Shown: in pieces, positions 29,202 to 38,400 of the stretch
Position numbering within the stretch: position 1 is the stretch's first letter
How the letters are laid out: each line of letters begins with the position of its first letter
Virus record (IMG/VR): IMGVR_UViG_3300022200_000032
Span: 1 to 64,000 of that record
Source of the DNA: a virus
Strand: one strand, 5' to 3'
Length of the DNA: 64,000 nt
Notes under the pieces: generated by a model
What the model saw: the letters and a program-made list of their open reading frames with translations, nothing else
Told to the model about the DNA's origin: nothing
The model's database searches: none
Translations under genes and position numbers: made by a program

Positions 29202-29526
29202 ATGTTTTGTTCTTCCAGTATATTGATTTAGTTGTGTTTGATACAATGGTCACATCTTTGGGATGTGTTGGAAAACCACTGTCTCCAGGAACCAGTTTTC
29301 CAATCGATTCGTGTCTGATATACACAATCTTGTTATTTTTTATGCAGATGTCATATCGAGATTCATTATATGTTTTTTTATCAATCACAATGTACACTCC
29401 CGGTTCGTCTTGTGTAGTATAAAATAAAGGAGTCCCAGATTGATCATCATAATACAAGCGATATTCTAATTCAATCAGCTTCTGATTTTGATCAACCTGA
29501 TCGAGTGCTTCCCAAAAGTGTGTCAT
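29188..29526 (-). CDS. Hypothetical protein between glycosyltransferase genes
   Basis: Overlaps both neighbours; EYRLYYD motif. Confidence 0.75.
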   Translation of the reverse strand: MTHFWEALDQVDQNQKLIELEYRLYYDDQSGTPLFYTTQDEPGVYIVIDKKTYNESRYDICIKNNKIVYIRHESIGKLVPGDSGFPTHPKDVTIVSNTTKSIYWKNKTYELD

Positions 29527-30328
29527 AATGTTTGTTTACTATTTTACTAAATTCTTTAATATTATAATGGAACGGATATTCTTGGTCAACTGTGTTAATT
29601 CTGATATTGGAACCATCTAATTCCCAAATTAATTCTCGTGTCCAATCTTCTTGTAGTAATCCATTAATTTTTCCCTTCATGTGAATTAAACTTGGGTAAC
29701 TGACTGATGGTGGTAATGTTACATTTTCCACACCAATAATTTGCGCAGCAAGTGCATATACAACATCGGTTGTTCCTGGATCATCACTTCCACCTTTGAT
29801 TGTTGCTTGAAAAGCTGGCCAATTTTCAAAAATATTTCTGACTAAATTAAAGAACTGTTGTGCTGTTCTACTTAGGCGCCAATAAGTAATGGCGTTATAA
29901 ACATCAGGTAAACCATTTAAATCAAATATTTTACGATAATGTCGCATATTTGACCGCTGATTCAAATAATTGCGTGCGCCTGTTGTTAATACAACGTCTT
30001 TGTGCTCAAACATTGTCCACCAGTGCCAGATACTATGCGGAATAATCATATCTGCTTCCAGCTTAATTGTTTGCCTAAATGGACTCGCCGTAAAAATTTG
30101 CCAATCATTTTTAAGTTTCCACTGGCTATCTGATGCCTGATCTCCATATGGCAATGGCTTTACAAAGTCAAATACTGGATCAGTAACTTCAGATGAAGTT
30201 ACCAAGCACACTTTTGCTTGCGGAGTATGATACTTTAGAGAACGTGCCAGAGCGCGAGCGCAGTCAATATAATCAACTTCGCTTGTATTTTCTGCCACAA
30301 TCAAATAGCCGCGTTCTGCTTCAACCAT
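29492..30328 (-). CDS. Putative nucleotide-diphospho-sugar transferase (GT8-like, GT-A)
   Basis: RGYLIVA..DY..CARALARSLK, SPFRQTIKLEADM, TTDVVYA, IHMK; paralog of 30321..31142. Confidence 0.65.
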   Translation of the reverse strand: MVEAERGYLIVAENTSEVDYIDCARALARSLKYHTPQAKVCLVTSSEVTDPVFDFVKPLPYGDQASDSQWKLKNDWQIFTASPFRQTIKLEADMIIPHSIWHWWTMFEHKDVVLTTGARNYLNQRSNMRHYRKIFDLNGLPDVYNAITYWRLSRTAQQFFNLVRNIFENWPAFQATIKGGSDDPGTTDVVYALAAQIIGVENVTLPPSVSYPSLIHMKGKINGLLQEDWTRELIWELDGSNIRINTVDQEYPFHYNIKEFSKIVNKHYDTLLGSTRSG

Positions 30329-31142
30329 TTATCATCTTCTCCAGTGAAAACTTGTTTAAAAAATGTATATCATGATCATCAACTACGATGCGCACAGGAC
30401 GTTCGATATGATTTTTATACTTAACATATTCTATCTCAAACTTACGAGCATCTAACTGGTTAATCTCTGCATTATCACTAATCATTGGCATATTCCAGGG
30501 AATTTCGGGAATAGCATTGATGCGGTGTCCGTAAACAATGCCTAATGCAATGCTTACAACATAGTCATTTCTAAACGGACTTGACCTAAACTTGTAGATA
30601 CGTGAATAATGTGCATAATTCTCACGTATCATTTTAATTGTATCAAATATTGTTTTAGCGAACTCTGTTTTTCTAAAGAAGATAACGGTTGCCCAGTAAT
30701 GTGGGAAATAATATTTAGGTAAAAAGTCGTATGGTTGGAAACTTTTTCTATCTGTAATATCGTATGGTTTACGATGTACTAAAAAATCTTCAGGAGATTC
30801 AAATAGAGCAAGTAGCTGTTCGCTATTAACAATATAATCTGAATCGATAACAACAGTTTCGTCATATGGAGTCAAGTCAAATGCTTGGAAACGATTAACA
30901 TTCTTCCATTCAGCAACGTTTCCATCTTTGTGTATATTAAAATTACGTTGATGTCCTGCTAGTGCTTCTGTTAAAATTAAATTGTGTTTGACGTTTTCTT
31001 TTGTGCTAGCACTTGCTTCATCGGTAACAATACTTGTTGGCAATTTTAAGATAGATTCAATGCGGTCAGCAATCCACAAAGCATGTCCTAAATAATCAAT
31101 CACTTCATTGTTAAACGCAAATATTAAAAAACCACGAGTCAT
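30321..31142 (-). CDS. Putative nucleotide-diphospho-sugar transferase (GT8-like, GT-A)
   Basis: RGFLIFA..DY, TPYDETVVIDSDY (DxD), WATVIFF, FRNDY, IHFLNK. Confidence 0.7.
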   Translation of the reverse strand: MTRGFLIFAFNNEVIDYLGHALWIADRIESILKLPTSIVTDEASASTKENVKHNLILTEALAGHQRNFNIHKDGNVAEWKNVNRFQAFDLTPYDETVVIDSDYIVNSEQLLALFESPEDFLVHRKPYDITDRKSFQPYDFLPKYYFPHYWATVIFFRKTEFAKTIFDTIKMIRENYAHYSRIYKFRSSPFRNDYVVSIALGIVYGHRINAIPEIPWNMPMISDNAEINQLDARKFEIEYVKYKNHIERPVRIVVDDHDIHFLNKFSLEKMING

Positions 31143-31321
31143 TTAATTTCTAACGCCTTGCCAATCGTAGAATCAAGATCTTTCATTGTAGTCTGTAGAT
31201 CTTGTTGAATTTCTAGTACACGACGTTTTGGGTTTAAGTTAAGTTTAGATGTAAACCAGATGTTGACACGATCTGCAACATCAACTAAAAACCTAAACAA
31301 TTTACGTTTATTAATTTTCAA
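31139..31321 (-). CDS. Hypothetical protein (60 aa)
   Basis: ATGA-type overlaps at both ends. Confidence 0.65.
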   Translation of the reverse strand: MKINKRKLFRFLVDVADRVNIWFTSKLNLNPKRRVLEIQQDLQTTMKDLDSTIGKALEIK

Positions 31322-31707
31322 AATAACTCCCGTTCAGTTAATACTTGAAATTCCATATTGTTATTAACACAATATTCTTCTGCTGCTGCCCATTTTGCCT
31401 TATTAACATGCCACTTCATTTGATAGCGTGGTTTGATCTCAATTAGTTTTTTACGTGGATTGCCATATTTGTCAATGTAATCTACATAAAAGTCTGGATA
31501 ATAATTACGCATACGCTTTTCTTTAGGATGCATATATGGAATATGAAAACTTTCCGAGTCCCAGAATTTAATAGCTTCAGACCGATCGCAATACATCATA
31601 AATCTACGTTCCCATAGGCTACGATAAATTGGATCTTTCTTTCCTAAAAATTTATTTTTATTATTTGGAGTAAACTTACCTTTGACGGCCGAGTTCTTGA
31701 AATTCAT
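31318..31707 (-). CDS. T4 gp4-like head-completion / TnsA-like PD-(D/E)xK endonuclease
   Basis: GKFTP.N..K, IYRSLWERRFM.YCD, W.SE...IPY, YYPDF, LIEIKP, AKW.AA, TERELF. Confidence 0.85.
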   Translation of the reverse strand: MNFKNSAVKGKFTPNNKNKFLGKKDPIYRSLWERRFMMYCDRSEAIKFWDSESFHIPYMHPKEKRMRNYYPDFYVDYIDKYGNPRKKLIEIKPRYQMKWHVNKAKWAAAEEYCVNNNMEFQVLTERELF

Positions 31708-31981
31708 TTAGCCACCCATTCATCTGTTCTTGCCAACGCTGTTGTGCTAATAGCTCTAAATCTCTAACATTTACTTTTACAGGATTACCGTATTCATCTA
31801 ATAATACACATTCCTCTTCGAAGCAAATATCTAATGTTTTTAGTAGTTCTGGACCTGCTCGCCACATTCCGCCAGCATGCGCAAAAAGCATCTTTGCTTC
31901 GTACTTTTCTTTAAGCACACGTTTGGCAGCATCGTGATCAAAACGACGGCGAACTGTTTCTACAAGTTGTTCAGTATTCAT
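31676..31981 (-). CDS. Hypothetical protein, first gene of the minus-strand tailoring operon
   Basis: Directly downstream of promoter 31992-32020; AGGMWRAGPEL and LLDEYGNPVKV motifs. Confidence 0.8.
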   Translation of the reverse strand: MNTEQLVETVRRRFDHDAAKRVLKEKYEAKMLFAHAGGMWRAGPELLKTLDICFEEECVLLDEYGNPVKVNVRDLELLAQQRWQEQMNGWLNEFQELGRQR

Positions 31982-31991
31982 AGTGTTACTT

Positions 31992-32020
31992 ATTATACAG
32001 GAAGTTGAGTCAAAAGTAAA
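31992..32020 (-). promoter_or_regulatory. Sigma70-type promoter overlapping the terminator; near-leaderless transcript
   Basis: Minus strand TTTACT-N17-TATAAT, then 10 nt to ATG at 31981. Confidence 0.55.
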
Positions 32021-32040
32021 GGGCCGTTAAGCCCTTTACT
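32011..32040 (-). terminator. Rho-independent terminator ending the structural operon
   Basis: Perfect 10-bp stem AGTAAAGGGC/GCCCTTTACT, 6-nt loop, followed by TTT on minus strand, 24 nt after stop of 32065..33054. Confidence 0.85.
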
Positions 32041-32064
32041 AATTTCAATGCAACGCTTGAATTA

Positions 32065-33054
32065 TTAACTACCTGACCATGCAGTTGAACTCATAGTTGG
32101 AGTTCCCCATGTGTTTGAAATATACGTAGTTGCAGGTGGTTTAATAGTCATTGTGGCTGTTAAGGTGCCATCAACGTTATCTAATGCCGATGCTGAACCA
32201 TCCGGGAAGGTAGTTGTGTCTGTTGCTGCGTCTACTAACGTAATTCTATAGTAAATATTTGCTGCTGATTTGTATGCTTCAACAGTTACATAGTTTGTGG
32301 TATATAGATATGTCGAGTCATATTTCTGCCAAAGTGTAACATACGTTCCGGTGTAATCACGCCATCCTGTGTTTTCTAAATAAGTGGTAGGGGTTCCCGA
32401 ACCACCAACACGTGTTGTGCCTGAATATATTGCGCTGCCAGCAATGCTAACATTCGATGTACCACCGCCCCCAGTAAAATATAATGTACCGCACGATGTT
32501 AATAGGTTTGACCATCCGGTATTTTTGTCATTGGTTGTACCACCTGAACGACTTAGTGTTAACGCAATACGTCCGCCTGCATTAAAGAAATAACGTGCTG
32601 CTGTTTCACTAGTAAATGTAACAGTATATGTTGTTTGTTGCTGCGTATACCAGGTATTGGTGCCAGAACGTGTGCCGCCTGTTGTGATATCAGTACCACT
32701 TGCTGCACAATTTAATCTGTTATTAAAAATACTGGTAATGTTACCACTTAGTGCTGTATATGCGCTAATAGTATCACCAGTAGTAGGGTTAGTGATTGCT
32801 GTAATTGAAGTGCCTTGGTGATTGGCAATTGTGCTTACTCGATTAAGTAAGTTTACCCATTGTGTTGCAGTAATTGTTGAACCCGTACTTACTGTGGAAA
32901 GGTTGCCAGATTGTCCATAACCTTTATCACCAGTCGCAACTGTTCCCCATACGGTGTTTACGTTTGCAACATTATGATCTACTGCACTAGCGCCACCTTG
33001 TACAAAAGTGTTGTAGTGATCATCTAAAATTGTATCGCCTGCTGTATATGCCAT
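32065..33054 (-). CDS. Virion structural/fibre-like protein (Thr/Ser/Gly-rich)
   Basis: MAYTAGDTI..., GYGQ, ARYFFNAGGRI; composition and location in the tail module. Confidence 0.7.
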   Translation of the reverse strand: MAYTAGDTILDDHYNTFVQGGASAVDHNVANVNTVWGTVATGDKGYGQSGNLSTVSTGSTITATQWVNLLNRVSTIANHQGTSITAITNPTTGDTISAYTALSGNITSIFNNRLNCAASGTDITTGGTRSGTNTWYTQQQTTYTVTFTSETAARYFFNAGGRIALTLSRSGGTTNDKNTGWSNLLTSCGTLYFTGGGGTSNVSIAGSAIYSGTTRVGGSGTPTTYLENTGWRDYTGTYVTLWQKYDSTYLYTTNYVTVEAYKSAANIYYRITLVDAATDTTTFPDGSASALDNVDGTLTATMTIKPPATTYISNTWGTPTMSSTAWSGS

Positions 33055-33080
33055 GTTATATTATTCCCTTTGTATTAGTT

Positions 33081-33190
33081 GATTTAACAACGCTATAATG
33101 TGCGGCGTTCTGCTTTTGCAGTAAAGTACTATACTTTTATTGTATTTCTACAAGCGTCACAACAATTTATTATAGCTGGGTATGTAAATC
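33081..33190 (-). ncRNA. Candidate structured RNA (multi-branch) in the 5' leader of 32065..33054
   Basis: Nested stems GATTTA/TAAATC, GCTATAAT/ATTATAGC, TGTGACG/CGCCGCA enclosing hairpins TTGTA-GAAA-TACAA, AAAGTA-TAG-TACTTT, CTGC-AAAA-GCAG. Confidence 0.6.
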
Positions 33191-33195
33191 TTCTT

Positions 33196-34677
33196 TTAAA
33201 AATTAATTTTAACGACTGCTTCAACTGTGCCTTCGCCGGTTGTCTCTTTATTATTTAACGCACGACCAATAATATTACGTGCTGTTGCTTCACCGTCTTG
33301 TGCTGCACGGGCAAAGCCATTGCCTGCAGAAACTAAGCGATCGCCTTTATTCACAGTTCCAATAACTTTAACCGGCACACGTCCATTCATAGCGATTGGT
33401 GGGTGTGTAGCATCTGTACCTGCTTTTGCGTTCATTAAGTACGCCGCACGGTCTGAGATAACGCCAAAAACGTTTTCTGATAATTCTTCTACAGCTTTAG
33501 TAATTTCAGCAATACCGCCTAATTCTACAACAGTACCTGCTTCGTATTCAGCATCAGCTTCGAAGCGTTCTGCCAAGTCAGCGTATTCTGCTGTTGTTGC
33601 TGTACCATTAAATTCTGTGGCATAAATGGTAGCAAATTTAGCACCACCACTACCAAAATTTCGAGTACCGTCACCATCTGGCACAATATTGCCAGAAATT
33701 GTATTTGTACCATCACGATATAATAGATCGCCTACTGTACTTGTGGCAGCGTCTACATATTGTTTTGTGGCAGCACCCAACGCCGTTGTTGGATCTCCGG
33801 CTAAAATAACACGACTAGTTGCACCATCAAGTGTCATAACGGTTGTTACTACGCTATTATCGTTTACACGGAAAATAATATCACCATCTAGCGTGGCATT
33901 TTGTACTGTTACGTCCGATCCGCTAACACTAACACGGAGGTCTTGATCTTGACCAACACGGAATCCAGTGTCGTTTAACACATATAATGATCCGGTTGTG
34001 CTATCGTTACCAATTGCGCTTAAGAAATCAGTGCTATTTAAATTATCAAGTGTGTCTGCATTTGTTGCAGTACCTTGGAAATATGAATTTGAAATAGCTG
34101 TACTTAACTGGATACCTGGTTTAATGCTTTGTAAATTCCAATCTCCCCCAACAGCACTGCCAGGAGTAAATGTTGGATCTTTACTTACCATTGCTACGAT
34201 CTTATCTTCAACCCAAAGTTGGACCACAACATGGTCTGCACTTCCGTCATTAATAGTATCAACAATTGCACCTGATGTGTCTGTGCCACTAGTAAACGCA
34301 GGTCCTACTAGAATAAAACTTGATCCGTCGTATACTTTTAGTTGGCTGTTAGTCGAATCAAACCACAAATCACCAGCAACATTGCTGCTAGGTGCGCTAG
34401 CACTTGATGTGGCTGCACCTAAATTTTTCCAGGTAGTGCCGTTATAAACTTTTAACAAACCATTGCCAGTATCAAACCACATTTGACCACGCAGTGGTGC
34501 ACTTGGTGCTGTACTATTTGCACTATTTTCCAATAGTTTAATAAAGTTTTCACCTAAAAACTCACCATAACCAGCATAGTTTTTACCAATAATAGTCATG
34601 CTTGATGATGTGTTTACTGTACCGTCAGCTACCGAAGCAAAAACTGTACCGTCTGTTTTGTTTATAGTATAAGCCAT
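33196..34677 (-). CDS. Tail fibre/appendage protein with C-terminal intramolecular chaperone (peptidase G2/IMC-like)
   Basis: GKNYAGYGE..ENF.KLLEN, GQMWFD/GDLWFD repeats, AATKQYVD, C-terminal YADLAE..GTVV..GVIS..GRVPVKV.G.V.KGD.LV. Confidence 0.8.
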   Translation of the reverse strand: MAYTINKTDGTVFASVADGTVNTSSSMTIIGKNYAGYGEFLGENFIKLLENSANSTAPSAPLRGQMWFDTGNGLLKVYNGTTWKNLGAATSSASAPSSNVAGDLWFDSTNSQLKVYDGSSFILVGPAFTSGTDTSGAIVDTINDGSADHVVVQLWVEDKIVAMVSKDPTFTPGSAVGGDWNLQSIKPGIQLSTAISNSYFQGTATNADTLDNLNSTDFLSAIGNDSTTGSLYVLNDTGFRVGQDQDLRVSVSGSDVTVQNATLDGDIIFRVNDNSVVTTVMTLDGATSRVILAGDPTTALGAATKQYVDAATSTVGDLLYRDGTNTISGNIVPDGDGTRNFGSGGAKFATIYATEFNGTATTAEYADLAERFEADAEYEAGTVVELGGIAEITKAVEELSENVFGVISDRAAYLMNAKAGTDATHPPIAMNGRVPVKVIGTVNKGDRLVSAGNGFARAAQDGEATARNIIGRALNNKETTGEGTVEAVVKINF

Positions 34678-34704
34678 TTTTGACTAACTCCAATTCTTTA
34701 AACT

Positions 34705-34730
34705 TATTTATCAATTATTCAATCTACGCA
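34705..34730 (-). promoter_or_regulatory. Putative late promoter, bipartite
   Basis: Minus strand TGCGTAG-N12-ATAAATA; same spacing as 53994-54019 and 63564-63589. Confidence 0.65.
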
Positions 34731-34732
34731 TA

Positions 34733-35392
34733 TTATGTTGCGCTTAAATTCGTTAATGTCTGGATACGAACTGTATAATCAATTTGTATCTGTCTGTTCA
34801 ATGATTTTTGAACAGGGTGGAAGATAACATGAGTGATTAATTTCAAATCACTTGCTGAACCATTCCACGATTTTAATCCTAATTCATCAAATACAAACTC
34901 GCCATCTAGGTTGGTGCTATTATCAAACGCCTGTTGACCACTTGGTTCGCCATAATCTAGCAAACAACTTACAAGAATATCTGTATATACACGTCCTGAT
35001 GTGTGCAGTACAGTTAAGTTATTGCGACTGGTATCTGTGTTTGTTGATGAGTTATCGTCAACCACCTTGCTATAAGTCTCGTTATATAGATCTGCATTTT
35101 GTCCGGTTGTGTTGGCTGGCAAGTAAGTGATGACTCCAGTTGGATCAACACTAGTGCCGCCGTTTCCAAAACTCATTTGATAAATGTATCCTAAGTTTTT
35201 GTTAGCAAGACTTTGTGCTAACGCTTCACTCATGTTTTCATAATGAATAGCGTTACGCTTGTCAATAAACACTTCGTTGGTATTAGGATCAAAAATCTTA
35301 ATGTGTCCTTGAATAGTTACCGTTCCTGATTCGTTAGGTTTTGTCTCTTTGCTATCCATTTTCTTTTCTTGTTGTGCGTTTGTTTTTTGCAT
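34733..35392 (-). CDS. Virion structural (baseplate-associated) protein
   Basis: GHIKIFD, NAIHYENMS, FGNGG, LDYGEP, FDELGL, HVIFHPVQKSLNR; in tail module; ATAAATA at 35399-35405 upstream. Confidence 0.7.
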   Translation of the reverse strand: MQKTNAQQEKKMDSKETKPNESGTVTIQGHIKIFDPNTNEVFIDKRNAIHYENMSEALAQSLANKNLGYIYQMSFGNGGTSVDPTGVITYLPANTTGQNADLYNETYSKVVDDNSSTNTDTSRNNLTVLHTSGRVYTDILVSCLLDYGEPSGQQAFDNSTNLDGEFVFDELGLKSWNGSASDLKLITHVIFHPVQKSLNRQIQIDYTVRIQTLTNLSAT

Positions 35393-35415
35393 TTTTATTA
35401 TTTATGCAACCGGTT

Positions 35416-38400
35416 TCATAGGCCTTTCAGGAATTTAGCCGCAATGGTTGTTTGCTGTTGCAATGCAATTCCATCACTTGCGGTTGTTGCACCTTGAGCG
35501 TACCAGATCTCATTGTACGGTGTTTGCAATAACTGTCCGCGACTTAGATCAGTTACTACAGATCCTGCTGAATGCTCTCGATGCATACCTGTTCCGGCTG
35601 TTCCTCTGCGTAATCCGCTTACTGTATTGTTGTCTAAGTCAACATCGCGATACGTAATTCGTTCACCATTTATTTCCAAAATACCAAAAATAGCAGCATC
35701 TAGATTAGGTGTACCCAATTTACTTGCATCATCGACATAGATAACATCATCTGTCCATTTTAGTGTACGTGTTAAGAATGTCTGACTACCGGTATTATTT
35801 CTATAAACTGCTACATTATCACGCATATCCTTGAATATGCGGAATCCTACTGCATCTGGGACAACGCTGTCGGTAAACGTTGTGATCGCAATTACATCAG
35901 TGTCGCTTATTGAACCGCCAGCAATAACTAATGTGGTTCCTTCATTTGTAACACTATAATCTGATCCTGGAAGCAGTCTACGTCCATTTAATGTCACCCA
36001 CATTCTATCAGTATTCTCAACTACAGTTTCTAAGTCAAACACGTTAATTGTTGCATAGGCACCGGTAGATCTATCAAATAAATCCATGTCAAACCCATAT
36101 GTATCGAATAATTCTCGAGTCGCTTCTAGAACCGTAACTGGACCTTTGAAAATCTGTGTGAACACATCTTGTTCTCTCACATCTCTCCAGGCAGTTACAG
36201 CAAGCGTGTCTCCAGCGTTTAAATCAATTCCATATCCAGTCGCAATCACCAGTGTTTCTGAACTATCACCGCCCAATTCATATCCAGCGTGTGTGCCTTG
36301 TTGAATACCATCAATAATTTCGCCTTCAGTCTTGGTAACATAAATGTCAATTATATCATACGGGCCCGGAACTTCTGCTAAGAAACTAATAGTACGATAA
36401 CTACTTCCGTCTGCTGGATCTAATTGATAATCAATTCCGCTCACTTGTCTAACTTGATTAACGTATACCACAACTTCATCGTCATCTACTTCGCTCATAT
36501 CGATACCAGTAGACATGCCATCTGGTAATTCGTATGTTGTAATACTAGAGCCGTCACCAACATGACGTTTAGCTGTTGGTGGCTGCAATCTGCGGCCATT
36601 TAACTCAACAATTAAATTTTCTCGATTCTTATTATCAACGTCAATGCTCAATGTAAACGTATTTGTTGATCCATCACAAGTGAAAATTTCAGTTTCTGGA
36701 TAACTGTATTCCAGATCAGTTATAGTTGATCCGTCTTCTGCAGGATTAGCACCAAATACTGTGATGTTAATATAGTTGCTGTCTGTGTATGCATTGTCAA
36801 ATTCAATTATAGTTTGGCTGACAAAAGAACCTTCTGCATAACTGTAGGACAAGATTTCATCACCATCAACCAAAACCAGCACACTTTCGATACTATCATA
36901 GTTAATTGGAAGCACCAGAGTATTGCCTACAATTTCACCGCCCAAGTAAGAATTGCGATATAATTGATTTCCGCCGCCGATCCCATACACAAAAATCTTA
37001 ACTTCATCAAGAATACCCAACCCACTATTTAACTGCACAGTTTTGTCTGCCCAGTTGACTGTATAATTAATACCTTCGTACAATCTTGTTCCGGTCGTTG
37101 CATTATATACGATTAATTCTGCTGGGTGCTGTACCAGATTACGATTTTCCAACGCAGACGTTGGTGCACATCTTGCATCAAGACCACCCCAGGCTACTAT
37201 ATTTCCTGCACCCGGATTAGCATAAACTATGCTCTTAACTTCGAATCCGTGACCGTTACCAAGGTAATCATAACCTGGAAGTGTATGGACTTTTAAGTCA
37301 AGTGTGTCAAAAATTGCTCCAGGAATTAATTCTTCTGGTGCATGTGAATTATATACATCAATGAATTCACCACCAACAATATCAGCATCAGGATCAATAT
37401 CACTTGGTGGACCAATTGTAACAGTTGGAGTTCGTAAGTATCCAAAACCTGGATCAGTAATAGTGATGCCAATAACGGATCCACCAACAATAACAGGAAC
37501 ACCGGTTGCAGGTTGTGTCGTGCGGGTGGGCGCACTAATAGTAATGGTTGGTGCTAGATCATATCCGGTGCCTGGATTAGTGATTGTGATACCAGTGACT
37601 TGTTCATTAACAACAATCGCAGTCGCAGTTGCTCCGGTTCCATGACTCGCCGTACCCGTTGGATCACTAAATGTTACACTCGGTGCGGTTGCATAATTTG
37701 CCCCTGCATTTGTGATTGTAACACTATACACATTACCGTTTGTCATTACCGCTGTGCCTGTGGCAATATCATTAGATACGCTTGGATCTACTGCAATTGT
37801 TAGTGTTGGTACTGTTAAATAACCAGCACCTGCTGTGTCAATTGTCAATGATGTTACTGCGTCGCCAGTTAAGTTTGCTGTAAATGCGGCTGTTACCGGT
37901 GTGACATCTGGTGCTGCAATAGTGATACTTGGAGTTTCTAAATACCCCCAACCGTTATCTGTAATTGTAAATCCTGTAACAACACCGCCACTTACGATCG
38001 AATCAACTGTTGCTGTGGTAACAGTTGTTGGAGGATCAATAGAGATTGTTGGAGCAATATCATAATAACTACCACCATTACTAACAGCAATACTAATAAC
38101 CGCGGTATCATCTAATGTTGCAGTAGCGGTTGCACCAGTACCATGATTAATATTTGAATCTGGAGCAGCAATGCTTACTGTAGGCGCAGTTGTATATCCT
38201 GAACCAGGTTCAGTAACTGTAATACTTGTAACCCTTCCTTGTCCAGCATATAACGGTGCAGTTTCGCCGCTTACTGTTGCAGATGCCGTTGCTTGTGTGC
38301 CTCCACTAATGTCTGGGGCACTAATGGTAACTACAGGAGCAGATGTATACCCATCACCTTCAACAAGAATAGTAAACGTTCCAATTCCGCCTTCAGTATC

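Noticed and set aside
31992-32013. TTGACT as the -35 for TATAAT at 31992-31997
   Set aside because: Spacer is only 10 nt; TTTACT at 17 nt fits instead.
33081-33190. tRNA (cloverleaf-like fold)
   Set aside because: No TTCRA T-loop, no D-loop GG, no 7-nt anticodon loop or CCA end; kept as unknown structured RNA.
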